A DNA stretch of 64,000 nt, taken from NCBI GenBank assembly GCA_951406725.2, contig OX597820.1, positions 24,490,001 to 24,554,000 on the forward strand, given 5' to 3'. The translations under genes and the position numbers were made by a program. The notes under the pieces are model-generated. The model was not told where the DNA came from, did no database searches, and saw only the letters and a program-made list of their open reading frames with translations. Of this stretch, positions 13,687-26,774 are shown one piece after another (positions within the stretch are counted from its first letter, which is position 1; each line of letters begins with the position of its first letter). Source of the DNA: Octopus vulgaris (lineage: Eukaryota).

Positions 13687-14823
13687 GATATAAAACAGTC
13701 TACATATATACCCACATGGGTGTGGGTACATACCCATAATACAACATATACATATACATATGAGTGCATATACTCACACTCCTATACATATAAAAATATA
13801 CAAAATGTGTAATCGTTTGCCTTTGTTAAAAAAAAATTCGTGTATCAATCAAGAGGAGAGTAATGATGTTAGTAATACAGTTATAAACGAGAATCGAAAC
13901 CGAATCACCTCTTCATCAAAACGCCAACTGCAAAAAATATAAATAAACAAACAAAAATAGAACAGCAAAAATACTCATAGAAATAATGTACACAATGAAG
14001 TAACAAATAAACAAATAAAAGTAAAGAAATTTGAGACGGTCTTACTGTGAGTTCGATTACAAAACACGCGGAAATAGAAAAGGGATTGAATGCCAAGAAT
14101 TGCACAAGCAATCGGAAACTTGGCGGCAATAAGATTAAAATGTTTAGAAGTCTGGAATATCCTACAGCTAGACTACTTCCGACAGCTTTTATATAAAGTA
14201 ATCAAAAGCAACAAGCTAATCTAATCATCTAATATTAAATTGATTGGAAAAAAAAAAACTAGTCTTGAAGATACAAAGACTTGATGGGCCTGCAGCCTGT
14301 AGGTGGTTAATGTTGAATTAGCAACAGGCTGATGGAGGTTTCGTAATTTGTTATTGATATCTGGCATGTATGATGGTTTGTGGTTACCACATTCACCTTC
14401 TGCTGTCTAAGTTTACCTAGATGTAAATAAGTTGTTGTTATTGTTGCTGTTTAGCCACAAGTTGGCCTTAATCTATGAAACTTATTAAACAAAGGCATTC
14501 CAGTCGTGACCATCCTGCTGTTTATCATTTCCGAACCATTCAGACGTAACCGTTCCGTTTTCTTTAATTTTCAGATTTATTTTACCTTGAACCGCCCAGC
14601 TGTGGCCACCCCGTTTTCTTTGCTTTTTACATCTATTACACTCCAAATTACATTAGCCAATGTCCTCTGCTTTAATACATCTAGTTGGGGTTTGAAATAG
14701 AATTTCGCTCCTGTTTCTAATCGGCCAAAAGGCTGTGCAGATATTTCTTTATTGGCTATTTCTAAAATAAGCTGCGGAACCAAACAGACAGCACAGCTGG
14801 GAGCAGCAACAAAGTGTTGTGTA

Positions 14824-14933
14824 CAGTAATGCCTCGATGTAGGAGTTAATGCGTTCCCAGAGAACGCTCGTAAAGCGAAAACTCGTAAACAGAAAATGAA
14901 ACTTGTAACAGCTCGTAAAGTGAGGCATTATTG
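14824..14933. mobile_element. Tigger/pogo-type MITE (110 bp), TA target duplication
   Basis: TA|cagtaatgcctc ... gaggcattattg|TA, 11/12 inverted match; internal ctcgtaaa repeats. Confidence 0.8.
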
Positions 14934-15106
14934 TATTTTTAACTAGACCATAACAATACATTGCTGCTTATATATGTTTTCTTTACCTTGTTGCATGCAA
15001 AATCCGGAACCAATCAAGTGTAAACTTCCAATTACATTCTTGCCTTGAAGAGATCTTACTGATATTGGTAGGAGCAACAGAAGTTCGATCACCGCGCAGA
15101 ACCGTT

Positions 15107-15131
15107 AACAACAACAACAACAACAACAACA

Positions 15132-15169
<38 letters not shown>

Positions 15170-15233
15170 CGCTACCACCACCACCGCCATCACCACAATC
15201 ACCATCATCATCGCCAGCAGCAGCAACAGCAAC

Positions 15234-15305
<72 letters not shown>

Positions 15306-15320
15306 TAGTAGTAGTAGTAC
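15107..15320. repeat. Compound trinucleotide repeat (AAC)n(CTA)n...(GTA)n
   Basis: Direct reading. Confidence 0.95.
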
Positions 15321-15743
15321 CACGAAGTTATTGTTTAGTATGTTTTCACCAGGATCGTTTGAGCAATTGCCTTTGTTGTAGTTAATATCACTTTGTTGTT
15401 GTTGCAGTTGTTGCAGTTGTTGCGTTATTGTTAGTCACTAGTCTACTCTGCTGACAGAACATAGTCTTCAATCTAGTTCTGTACATAAGAAATGGTGGGG
15501 GTGGTCATGGCAGGGATGACTTTGATTAAATCTCTACTTGATAAGTACAGACCTGGTGCCTAGCAACAATAACAAAGAATCCACAAAATACATCTAAATG
15601 ATCCATAATCACCCTCACCGAACATCCTTTGAATTACAAGTAGGACTCATGGTTGCCAACTGAGTGGAATGGAGCGACGTGACAAAAGTGACATGCTCAA
15701 CGCGTCACCGGGTATTGAACTCAAGACCTTAAAATCGTGAACC

Positions 15744-15955
15744 TATTTCTTTACTACCCGCAGGGAGCTAAACACAGAGAGGACAAACAAGGACAAACGG
15801 ATTAAGTCGATTATATCGACCCCAGTGCGTAACTGGTACTTACTTGCTCGACCCCGAAAGGATGAAAGGCAAAGTCAACCTCGGCGGAATTTGAACTCAG
15901 AACGTAACAGCAGACGAAATACGGCGTGCTAACGTTTCTGCCAGCTCGCCGCCTT
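15744..15955 (-). mobile_element. SINE group A nested in an older group C SINE, 21-bp TSD
   Basis: aagaccttaaaatcgtgaacc at 15723-15743 and 15960-15980; host SINE remnants span ~15645-16012. Confidence 0.9.
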
Positions 15956-16439
15956 ATTTAAGACCTTAAAATCGTGAACCGAATACCCTAACAACAAAGC
16001 CATGTGTATTCACAACTATTATCATACGCTTAAAACACGGACCAACTTTAGCATACTACAATACACAACATAAAGAAAAACAAGATACGAAACAGTTGAC
16101 AGACGTTATATGAAATATGGCGAAATGCTAAAACGAACAAATCAGAAAGCATATGATTGTCACATTCATAACAAAAACGGTGAAAAATTTAGTTTGAAGT
16201 GGGATATTCTACACCATTCACAAGCACCCTCCATACAGTTTAAATGGTAATAGCATACGCCAAACTTACACGATTTGGGAGGTGCGACTACAAAGTTCTA
16301 AGTATAATTGAGACAGATTTAGAAACTTTTTGTCTGAAACAAATTCCTGGCAACTTAGGCAGAAATATGGAAATGAATTGAAAAGGTGTCTGTACAACAC
16401 AGCTGTGTTTTCAGCACAAAATATCTCATACAAACGATT

Positions 16440-16674
16440 CCATATACGTACATACATACATACATACACACACACACATATATATATATGTATGTATGTA
16501 TGTATGTATATATGCATGTGTACATATATATATGTACATGAGTATATATATATATTTGTATATATATATATATATCTGCATATATATACGTACATACGTA
16601 CATACATACTTATATGTGTGCTTGTGTATGTGTGTGTGCGTGTGTGTGTAGTAGTAGTAGTATTAGTAGTAGAT

Positions 16675-16730
<56 letters not shown>

Positions 16731-16923
16731 TGTAGTAAAGCTGCGATTCCACGTTGCTGTTACTCAGATTTTCACACTATGGCTGATTGCACAACTAAAG
16801 GCCTCAGTTACATAAGCGAAAGATAACGTGTAATAATAATCAACAGAAAACAAACTCAATATTACCAAACTCATACACAGGCATATACACTCGTACACAG
16901 GCATATATACATAAACATATACA

Positions 16924-16954
<31 letters not shown>

Positions 16955-17028
16955 TTGCGAAACTGTGATTGAACGTATGCTTAGGTATTTGTGAGCATAT
17001 ACGTAAGTGTATATGCCTGCACACACAC

Positions 17029-17102
<74 letters not shown>

Positions 17103-17155
17103 GTATGTGCATATATTTAAATATATATTCTCATATATATACATATATATATACA

Positions 17156-17210
<55 letters not shown>

Positions 17211-17565
17211 ATATATGTACATATATACATATATACATACATATATACATACATGTGTATATATGTATATATATAGGTGTGTGTGAGTATATATGTGCAT
17301 ATATGTATACATGTATGTATGTATGGATTGTTTTTGCCTGTATACATATGTGTAAAATTCCTATTAGAAGACACCTTCAGAGACAAGCAATATTAATAAT
17401 ACAACGAAAGTGTTATCTACAAATTAGAGGATGCTTAGTTGTGCAAAACACAAGATATGGGTCAGCGGCGTCGCGAATTAATCAATAATCATGGAGAGTA
17501 CGAGGACGAGGCGAAACGGCTAAACATACATAGACGCACTGAGAAAGGGTATACATACACTAGCT

Positions 17566-17597
<32 letters not shown>

Positions 17598-17717
17598 CAT
17601 ACATACATACATACATACATACGTACGTACGTACGTACATACATACATACATACATACATATATACATACATACATATATACACATTAATCGTAAATTTA
17701 CGTCTACGCACGTACGT

Positions 17718-17786
<69 letters not shown>

Positions 17787-17790
17787 CACG

Positions 17791-17831
<41 letters not shown>

Positions 17832-17903
17832 ATCTATCTATCTATCTATCTATATACATATATAATATCTATTCCTCTCTTTCACTCTGTATATATACGT
17901 ATG

Positions 17904-17977
<74 letters not shown>

Positions 17978-18145
17978 TATATACACAATTCAAAGAGTCA
18001 TAGAAGCAGAACGATATGGATACATTTATATCACTGTGAACATCTATAAACATACACTTACACAAACATAACGACCCACACATAATCATGCCAACACATA
18101 GATTCACGGTTAGATACATACGAAATAAACGTACAGACATACGTA

Positions 18146-18217
<72 letters not shown>

Positions 18218-18258
18218 CTATATATATTTATATATATACACACACAGAGAAACACACG

Positions 18259-18305
<47 letters not shown>

Positions 18306-18394
18306 AATAATCGATTTACTAAATATCTTAATATACATATGCATATATATGTGTGCCATAAATATGTCTCACGGAAAGGATAGATATATGAACA

Positions 18395-18468
<74 letters not shown>

Positions 18469-18477
18469 CATACATGC

Positions 18478-18548
<71 letters not shown>

Positions 18549-18790
18549 CATCTATCCATCTATCCATCTATCTAGCAAGCTAGATACATATGTCTATAAA
18601 TACATATATGCGCGCCTCGGCTTGTATTTCACTTCCCTGTTACATGAAATACATGTATGTCTACCTTTATCGTGTGAATGTATGTGTGAATGTATATAAG
18701 TGTATCTATCTATGTGTGTAGATATATGTGCGTAAGTATATTTGTACGTATGTTTGAATGTATTGTTATGTGTATGTAGGTAGATAGAAA
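16440..18790. repeat. Microsatellite-dense block (TA, CA, TACA, TATC, GTA)
   Basis: Direct reading. Confidence 0.9.
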
Positions 18791-19676
18791 ATGTTTGCTC
18801 GATTTTAATGGACGGCTATATGAAACTTCCTTGTCTTCTCCCCACCTCCCGTTACCTTTCCTTCGTCCTCACTATAAATGTTTTTCGGTTCTACTAGTCA
18901 ACAGCCTCTCCCACACATCAGACCTCCCCTTCTCATAAATATACAATCAAATTAATCAGCTCTCGAAGTAACAAACGCGTCCGCTCTAACGTTATTCCCA
19001 TCCTACCCAGACATATCTTTGTGCCACTCCGTGACCTCCATTACATCCAAAACAAATTTAATGACCTTAAAACCCATCACCAACACACATGCCATACAAT
19101 CACTTTGTGACTCCTTCTACATAACATTTAATACTTGTTCTGGTCTCCCATTATGACCCTTTCAAAAACAATATATAAATAAATAACTACACTAGAAAAC
19201 ATAAAATGGTTTTTATATACTGCAATATTAATTTCTCGCAAAATAACCTCCATACCTTCTCTTGTCTTTTTCCTTAATTAGCGCATCATTCTACCAAGAC
19301 ACATAACACCACACTTGTTCACAATGATAACTTATATAGCTTTATTGTCTAATAGCCAAAACAAAGTCATTACCCAGACGTATTTATTTATCTTCACCGA
19401 ACCACCAGCGCACTCCCTCAAAAACGCATAGGCAATCAGTAAAAATAATACAGTAACAGACAACAGAGACCAACTCACTCACTCCATACACACGGTTCGA
19501 ATACTTCTGAACCACAATCATAAACACTAAGTACCGTCTGAATTTCTCGAAAGCTTACACAAACAATTCGGTTGTATGTGAAAATACTAGTCGCTCTACG
19601 CCACTCTATTTGAATACCTACAATAAAACAGTCACTGTACTGGGTTCTCTCACTTGAAGAGTACTCGTTATATATA

Positions 19677-19716
<40 letters not shown>

Positions 19717-19882
19717 CTAAAACAGCAGAAATATTTTTTAAAAAACTGTTACGAACGGGAACGTGAAACTGAGTGACAGTTTTTGTGATATTTTTGCTGT
19801 GCTTTAACAAAGCATATTACTCTACCTCTGGTATTCGAGTACTATTTTTTTCCAACTTGTTTCGCATTTATGTGCTTACTCT

Positions 19883-19913
<31 letters not shown>

Positions 19914-19916
19914 TAC

Positions 19917-20239
19917 TGAGACCCTCTCCGGTCATGACTGACCATAGGATTGCACCTAGAAAGGCACAAGTTCGGGCAAGGTTGTTTACGGAAGACCAGC
20001 AGTCGCCCATGTATACCAGCTTCCCCTCTCCACACCACCAGTGTTATCCAAGGGAAAGGCAATGGCTGATACAGCTTGGCACCTGTGACGTCACAACACA
20101 TTTATGCAGCTGAGTGAACTGGAGCAACGTGAAATAAAGTGTCTTGCTCAAGAACACAACATGCAGCCCCGTCCGGGATTCGAACTCACAACCTCACGAT
20201 CGTAACTCGATGCTCTAACCACTGAGCCATGCGTCTTCA

Positions 20240-20240
<1 letters not shown>
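19917..20240 (-). mobile_element. SINE group C (head H2 + tail T4)
   Basis: Head tggctcagtggttagagc...gagttcgaatccc, gtgttcttgagcaagacactttatttcac; tail not shared with other copies here. Confidence 0.85.
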
Positions 20241-20276
<36 letters not shown>

Positions 20277-20277
<1 letters not shown>

Positions 20278-20362
20278 ATAATTAAGAGAAATAACCTCTA
20301 TTAAGTAAATAGTGAAAGACACATATTGAATTACTTAGCAGAGGTTATTTCTCTTAATTATA
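20277..20362. repeat. Inverted repeat, 23-bp perfect arms
   Basis: tataattaagagaaataacctct (20277-20299) / agaggttatttctcttaattata (20340-20362), plus inner taagtaa/ttactta. Confidence 0.9.
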
Positions 20363-20448
20363 AATATATATTATATATTGTGAAATTTGATTTAGAATTG
20401 CTAAATTGAATTTTTCCGTGTAAGGTTGGAAGTATATTCCCTACTATA

Positions 20449-20521
<73 letters not shown>

Positions 20522-20529
20522 GTATGTAT

Positions 20530-20730
20530 TTTTACCTGTTGTAATCATTAGACTTCTGCCGTGCTGGAGCACCACCATGTAGCGTTTAGTCGAAAAAATC
20601 GACTCCGATACTTTTTTAAAGCCTAGCACTTATTCCACAAGTCTTTTTTGCCGAACCGCTACATTACGAAGACGTAAACAAACCAGTACCAATTGTCAAG
20701 TGGTGATGGAGGACAAACACAAACATATGG
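20530..20730 (-). mobile_element. SINE group B, 3' half
   Basis: gctggagcaccacc...tttttgccgaaccgcta...ttgtcaagtggtgatggaggacaaacac. Confidence 0.8.
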
Positions 20731-21049
20731 GGATACTCACGCACACACATATATATGCATACATATATATCCATATCCATAAATATACTCTCACACCTGC
20801 ACGCACAAATGTATATATGCACACACACCCATACATCCACACTCGCATGCACCCCCCTCACAGATATGTTTGTAGCTGAAGACCCATATAAGTTTTATAT
20901 GTGCTTTTATACCATACTTTAACGAAATATGATATTAAGCGTTTCAAATGTTGGCACAATTCCAGCGGTTTTGACACAGTAAATGTTGTTGGTCGATACC
21001 ATCGCCTTTAGTAATCAACTAGTTAATAAATGCAATGAAAATGTGTTCG

Positions 21050-22135
21050 CTGTTCATAATTATATTCAAAATATACTGTTTTAATATAGTTTATAAGTAT
21101 GATGGTAAAGAAGAAATGATGTACTTTTACGAATCTCTCTCATTGGCAAATACTTATCCAGTGTTGAGTCTCATTCCTTTTCTTTTCTTAGCATACATCA
21201 AAGTTTTTTTTTCCGAGTTTTATTGAGCTTGCATGCTTCTATCGATGCTAGTATCGATATCCATTATTAATTGGTTGAACTTTTCCAATTCTCTAAACAG
21301 TGTATCACGGGAATTTCTTTTATGTACTGTTCACTTTCATCACCATCTTGATTGTCCCCTTGTTCCTAATCACGTTATTGATGTAAATTAAGCAGGTTGC
21401 GTTCAGTTAATTTTTCTGAACGTGAGTTAAGCAGATCACGAACATTTGTATTCACCATTTTCTCATAGAAACTAAGATTTCTTCCAATATCAGTTGTTTA
21501 TTCTATAATTTTTATCTTCGAAAGGTCAGCAAAATTTTAGCATAATACCATGAAATGTATTGCCATACAGTTCTCATATGGCTTGTCCATTCACAAATAT
21601 TTTCAATGGAATCTGTGGATAAAATCGTCTCAAAAATCCAGCAATAAAATTATATTTTCTACCATTGTAATTTTTATTGCTGGAGCAAAAGATCTCCGAA
21701 AGTAAACCTTGAAAATACCAACCATATCTTGGTCCATGAGTGATGTGTTCTAATTGTTCATAAGTGATGTCGTGTTCATAAGCAAGCGTATGGCATCTGC
21801 ATAGTCGCACTGCTCACTAAATTCAATTGGGTGACAAGAGACATCGTCGAAAATTAGTAAAACTTTAAAATAATGATTATTTTTTTTAAATACTATTCCA
21901 CAAACGGGTATATTTAGCTAAAAGTAAATCAATACTCGCACGGTTCTTTGATCATTCACGTTTTATAATAGAGTTTGTTGGCGGCAGACTTTAAGAGCAT
22001 TGGGAGATGCAAGCATGAGTTTTACTGTAAAGTTCTCTTGTGTATTTTCTGTTAAACGATCTTTTAACACTTTCAATCCCGGTTGTGATTTCTCTTTGTT
22101 AGATAGAGAGTTTATGCGGGCTTCATTATTAATAT
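21050..22135 (-). pseudogene. Decayed pogo/Tigger (DDE_1) transposase fragment
   Basis: Minus-strand pieces KEKSQPGLKVLKDRLT, FKVLLIFDDVSCHP and NTSLMDQDMVGIFKVYFRRSF match Tigger motifs PGFKxxKDRLT, KVLLILDNAPGHP and NTTSLLQPMDQGVIxxFKxYY; many stops and frameshifts. Confidence 0.8.
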
Positions 22136-22142
22136 TAACCCT

Positions 22143-22520
22143 CACGCCGGGCGAAATACTTAGCGGTATTTCGTCTGCCGTTACGTTCTGAGTTCAAATT
22201 CCGCCGAGGTCGACTTTACCTTTCATCCTTGCGGGATCGATAAATTAAGTACCAGTTACGCAGTGGGGTCGATATAATCGACTTAATCTGTTTGTCTGTC
22301 CTTGTTTGTCCGCTCTGTGTTTAGCCCCTTGCGGGTAGTAAAGAAATAGGTATTTCGTCCGTCTTCACGTTTTGAGTTCAAATTCCGCCGAGGTCGACTT
22401 TGCCTTTCACCTTTACGGGGTCGATAGAATTAGTACTAGTTATGCATTGGAGTCGATGTAATCGACTAGCCACACCCTCCCTAAAAAATTTCAGGCTTTG
22501 TGCCTATAGTAGAAAGGATT
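22143..22520 (+). mobile_element. SINE group A dimer
   Basis: Two tandem units, each starting gtatttcgtc with B-box and core; long tail then short tail. Confidence 0.9.
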
Positions 22521-22659
22521 TTTAATATTAACCCATTAATGTCTGAAATTAGATACAACCACATAAATTTTCATCACCCTTAACTGTGGAAAACAGTTTT
22601 ATAGACCAATCTATCTTTTGTTGAGGTAAGTCATGTCTGAAACTACCAAATCTACCAAA

Positions 22660-22790
22660 TACTTCTACCAAATCCACTTACAACGCTTTGGTCGACCCGA
22701 GGCTCAATTTGATGACACTTGTTCAAGGTGCCACGCAGTGGGACTGAACCCGGAAATATGTGGTTGGGAAGCAAGCTCCTTACCACACAT
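22660..22790 (-). mobile_element. SINE group B, 5' part
   Basis: tctaccaaatccact...caaggtgccacgcagtgggactgaacccgga. Confidence 0.85.
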
Positions 22791-22875
22791 ATATTTTATA
22801 ATTGTAATATATAAATATATCTGTTCATCTATCTGTCTATTGATACACACACACACATATGCATTTATATATATG

Positions 22876-22955
<80 letters not shown>

Positions 22956-23019
22956 TGTATGTGTGTGTATGTGCGTGTGTGTGCGTGTGTGTGTGTCTGA
23001 GTGTATGCGTGCATATGTC

Positions 23020-23815
23020 TGTATAATATTTCCATTCTACAAATTACACAGCCCAAGTGAAATCGAGAGGAAAATCAGAGAAAAGAATTTTATTGATAAA
23101 TTCGAACCCAAGCTAAATAAGCAATAATAATAATACTTAGAGGTATTACTTCCACTGCTACGACCATGACCACTAACAACAACAACAATACTAAAGGTGA
23201 TCAAGACGAAGATAGCAGGAAAATTATCTTATTTAGGGTTAAAAGTTCTATTGCCACCACCATCACCACTAGCAACAATAATTAAGGTGCTGACAATGAT
23301 GATGATGACAATTGAAATATAAAAATATAAAAATCTCTGACAAAGGATATTTACAACATTTCTAAAAATAACCCAACAATTGCTGCTTCGGCCAGGGTCA
23401 AGATACAGGACTCTTGACCTGTCCAACAAAGCGTGATGCCTAAACCAATCAGCTCAACCAACCAATCAGCTTAAGTAATTGAGTGATACTACACACTGAT
23501 TGGTCAGAATACAGTTTGCAAAACCTAGCACTCTGGAGCCTACCCAGCTGTATTTATAGCACAGAATCACTCATCTTGCTACAGTCAAAAATTGTGAAGC
23601 ATGACTGTCAACACTACTACATGAACCCGAAGATTGCAGAATTCAATGCATGAAAGTACTAGTTCAATCAGAATGAATATTTAACATTCTACTATTTCAT
23701 TTTATTTTATTCAATTATAATATATTATCTTATAATATATCATTATAAGATTGTAAATAAAACGTGAAAATCAGACAAGGTTGGAATTCTTTTTATTAAT
23801 ATATTCTTCTATACA
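23020..23815 (+). mobile_element. 3' end of a Penelope-like element: GIY-YIG C-terminus plus 3' region with HHR
   Basis: IIFPFYKLHSPSEIERKIREKNFIDKFEPKLNKQ* (RxxxExxFIxxxxPxLN pattern of PLE endonucleases), HHR at 23622-23666, microsatellites on both flanks. Confidence 0.8.
23622..23666 (+). ncRNA. Minimal type I hammerhead motif (U4C variant)
   Basis: tgaac-CCGAAGA-t tgca gaattcaa tgca t-GAAA-gtac-TA-gttca; palindromic short stem III. Confidence 0.7.
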
Positions 23816-23828
23816 CAATCACACACAC

Positions 23829-23885
<57 letters not shown>

Positions 23886-24811
23886 CGCTCGCGCGTCTAT
23901 GTGTATGCATGTATATGTCTATATATAGTCATTACAGAAAAGATTTGCAATGCTCCATTTTTATAATCACGATGTTTCAGGGAATTCTTTCCTGATTGCA
24001 TCGTTCAATCTCACCAACACCAAAATAATAAATAGATAAATAAATAAATAAATAAAAATAGATAAATGAATCAAATAAAAAATGAAACAGTCCACTTCCA
24101 ATCATATTACTGCTCCTGTTTCTTGCCTGCTTATCTGAATTACCTGAATCTGATAAAACTTCATGTTTTTTTGAAAGTCATATATTTTCTTCTTATAATT
24201 GTCCCTACTGTCTCTTCATCCAATCCCAATTATTGCCAATTTTTGCTTTGCTGTCACTAGATTCATATATCATTGTGATCTCCAATTTATCACCCAGATT
24301 TTTAACACTCTTCTCTGTTTATTTCAACATCAGTATTTTTCTGGCGGTTTTTCTTTTTGTCTTTTGTCAAGAACCAATGCGGGTTAAATTGTATTATTAT
24401 AGGTTGATTGACTGCAGCTATACGATTAATACATGAAACACAGACCTTGCAATTGCACCACATTTATAAGAAGATAAAAACAAACAAATTCAAAACAAAA
24501 CAAAACATATTCGGTGTCAAGTTTGATGTTCGAAAACAGGACTACAAGAAAAAGCACTAGCTTCGTACGTTACACACGTTTGCAAGTGAAATTAACATCA
24601 AATAACTGTTTTTAAGACAGTTATCTTTTTTTATGCCACAATCCATAATGTTTTTATATATCATTTGCAACATGGCCTCAGAAATCGTTAATGCTGAGCA
24701 GAAACTGAATCCCGTATGCTTAGGATTACGATTGCTACCGAGAATTAACAAAGTTTTCATTGCATCATTGCAATATCAAAAAATATTTCAATATGCATGA
24801 TATCTATATGC

Positions 24812-25236
24812 TACTAAAACTTTGTGATTGTTTGCTTCTTAGCGTGCGTGCTTGTCTGTAATTTAATACAGCCAAATCGGTGCATAATGGGGAAAATACT
24901 TGAAAAGGAATTACCCCTGAAATGTGAATACAAACAGAATAAAATAAGTTTCGCATAAATCCGACCACGGATTCCCAAGATACACGATTTTCTGGGGGTC
25001 TCTTTCGACAAATTTAACAGTAAAACCTGGATTTATTGCCCTTTACTGTCAACACCTTTATAAATAGCCAAACCAGTACCTAAGGGAAAATACTCTGAAA
25101 GTAAAGTACAAGTGATATGTGAATGCAAACGGAATAAAAAAAGTTTGGCGTAAATCGGATTACAGGTTCCTGAGATGCGCGGTTTTTCGGGAGTCTTGAA
25201 CTATTGGTGACCGAACGGGTTACGGGTAGTTTAGTT
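24812..25236 (+). mobile_element. Possible non-autonomous Helitron/Helentron-like relic with ~196-bp internal duplication
   Basis: tgtgaatacaaacagaataaaataagtttcgcataaatcc (~24923) repeated at ~25118; 3' end cgggttacgggtagtttagt resembles a hairpin plus CTAGT terminus. Confidence 0.4.
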
Positions 25237-25517
25237 CATAATGTAATCGAGATTAGAGTGTCATATTCCTGATTTGAGATGAATTTATAAATACTATAAA
25301 TTTTCAAGCGCCAGCTATTCAAACGTGTGTTAATCGGAGGTGTTAATTTTAAATATGTTTATATCTGAACAAAGCTGGTGATTTGCTGCATCACCACTCA
25401 CAGTTTCTGGTTCAATGTGATACTTTGCGCAAAATGGAAATTAATAGAAATTACACAGAATATTCTTTAGGAACACCGCCGGATAAACATTTTCCATTAT
25501 TAGCTCCAGCTTTTATA

Positions 25518-26096
25518 AGGCGGCGAGCTGGCAGAAATGTTAGCACGCCGGGCGAAATGCTTAACGATATTTCGTCTGCCGCTGCGTTCTGAGTTCAAAT
25601 TCCGCCGAGGTCAACTTTGCCTTTCATCCTTTCGGGGTCGATACATTAAGCACCAGTTACGCACTGGGGTCAATGTAATCGACTTAATCCGTTCATCTGT
25701 CCTTGTTTGCCCCCTCTGTGTTTAGCCCCTTGTGGGTAGTAAAGAAATAGGTATTTCGTCTGCCGCTACGTTCTGAGTTCAAATTCCGCCGGGGTCGACT
25801 TTGCCTTTCATCCTTTCGGGGTCGATTAAATAAGTACCAGTTACGCACTGAGGTCGATTTAATCGACTTAGTCCCTTTGTCTGCCTTTGTTTGTCCCTTC
25901 TATGTTTAGCCCCTTGTGGGCAATAAAGAATCAGATATTTCATCTGTCATTACGTTCTGATTTCAAATTCTTCCGAGGTTGACTTTGCTTTTCATTCTTT
26001 CGGGGTCGATAAATTAAGTACCAGTTGAATACTGGGGTCAATGTAATCGACTTGTTCCCTTCCCCAAAATGACTGCCCTTGTGGCAAAATTTGAAA
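25518..26096 (+). mobile_element. SINE group A trimer within one 20-bp TSD
   Basis: One head plus three ~180-bp units; ccatt(a/c)ttagctccagcttt at 25494-25513 and 26097-26116. Confidence 0.9.
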
Positions 26097-26774
26097 CCAT
26101 TCTTAGCTCCAGCTTTCTGCGCTCAAGGTTCAAATTCTATCGAAGTTAACATTGCCTTTCATCTTTCTGGGATCGATAATAAAATAAAATAATAACCAAT
26201 TAGTAAAAGTAACTTTCCTGTCTGTCCACTGTCTGTCTCTCTTCCTCCCTCCCTCCCTCCATCTCTCTCTCCCTCCCCTCTCTCCTTTCACCTTGCTCCC
26301 TCCCATCGCCTCTCTATCTCCCCCTCTCTCATAATCTCACAAATATATACATGTATATACATATGTGTGTGTGAATATATATTGTATGTGTCTATATAAA
26401 CACGTGTATATGCATATATGACTATATATATGTTTATAATAACGCACAGACATCTACACATACAAGCCTACACTACACTCGCAAATATATTTATAAACTC
26501 ATATCTAAATATATCTGCGCGGTTCTGTCTATGCAATCACCACTGTTTTCCATATAAATCAAAAATTGTTTTCTCATCCACACAAAAGGACATTTTTACT
26601 AGGTTGCACAATTGGAAGATAAAGGTTTATAAATGGACAATAAAACATAAGCGAACTGAATTGAAGCCACAAACAGGGACGGGGGTGGGGCGAATGATCT
26701 AATCAATAACAGTTACTAAATATAGAGAAAATAGAATCGCCCGAGATGGATCTACTTTAATTGTTTGCGGGCCA

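Noticed and set aside
25518-26096. Regularly spaced repeats suggestive of a CRISPR array
   Set aside because: Units are ~180 bp homologous throughout with no unique spacers; eukaryotic SINE multimer.
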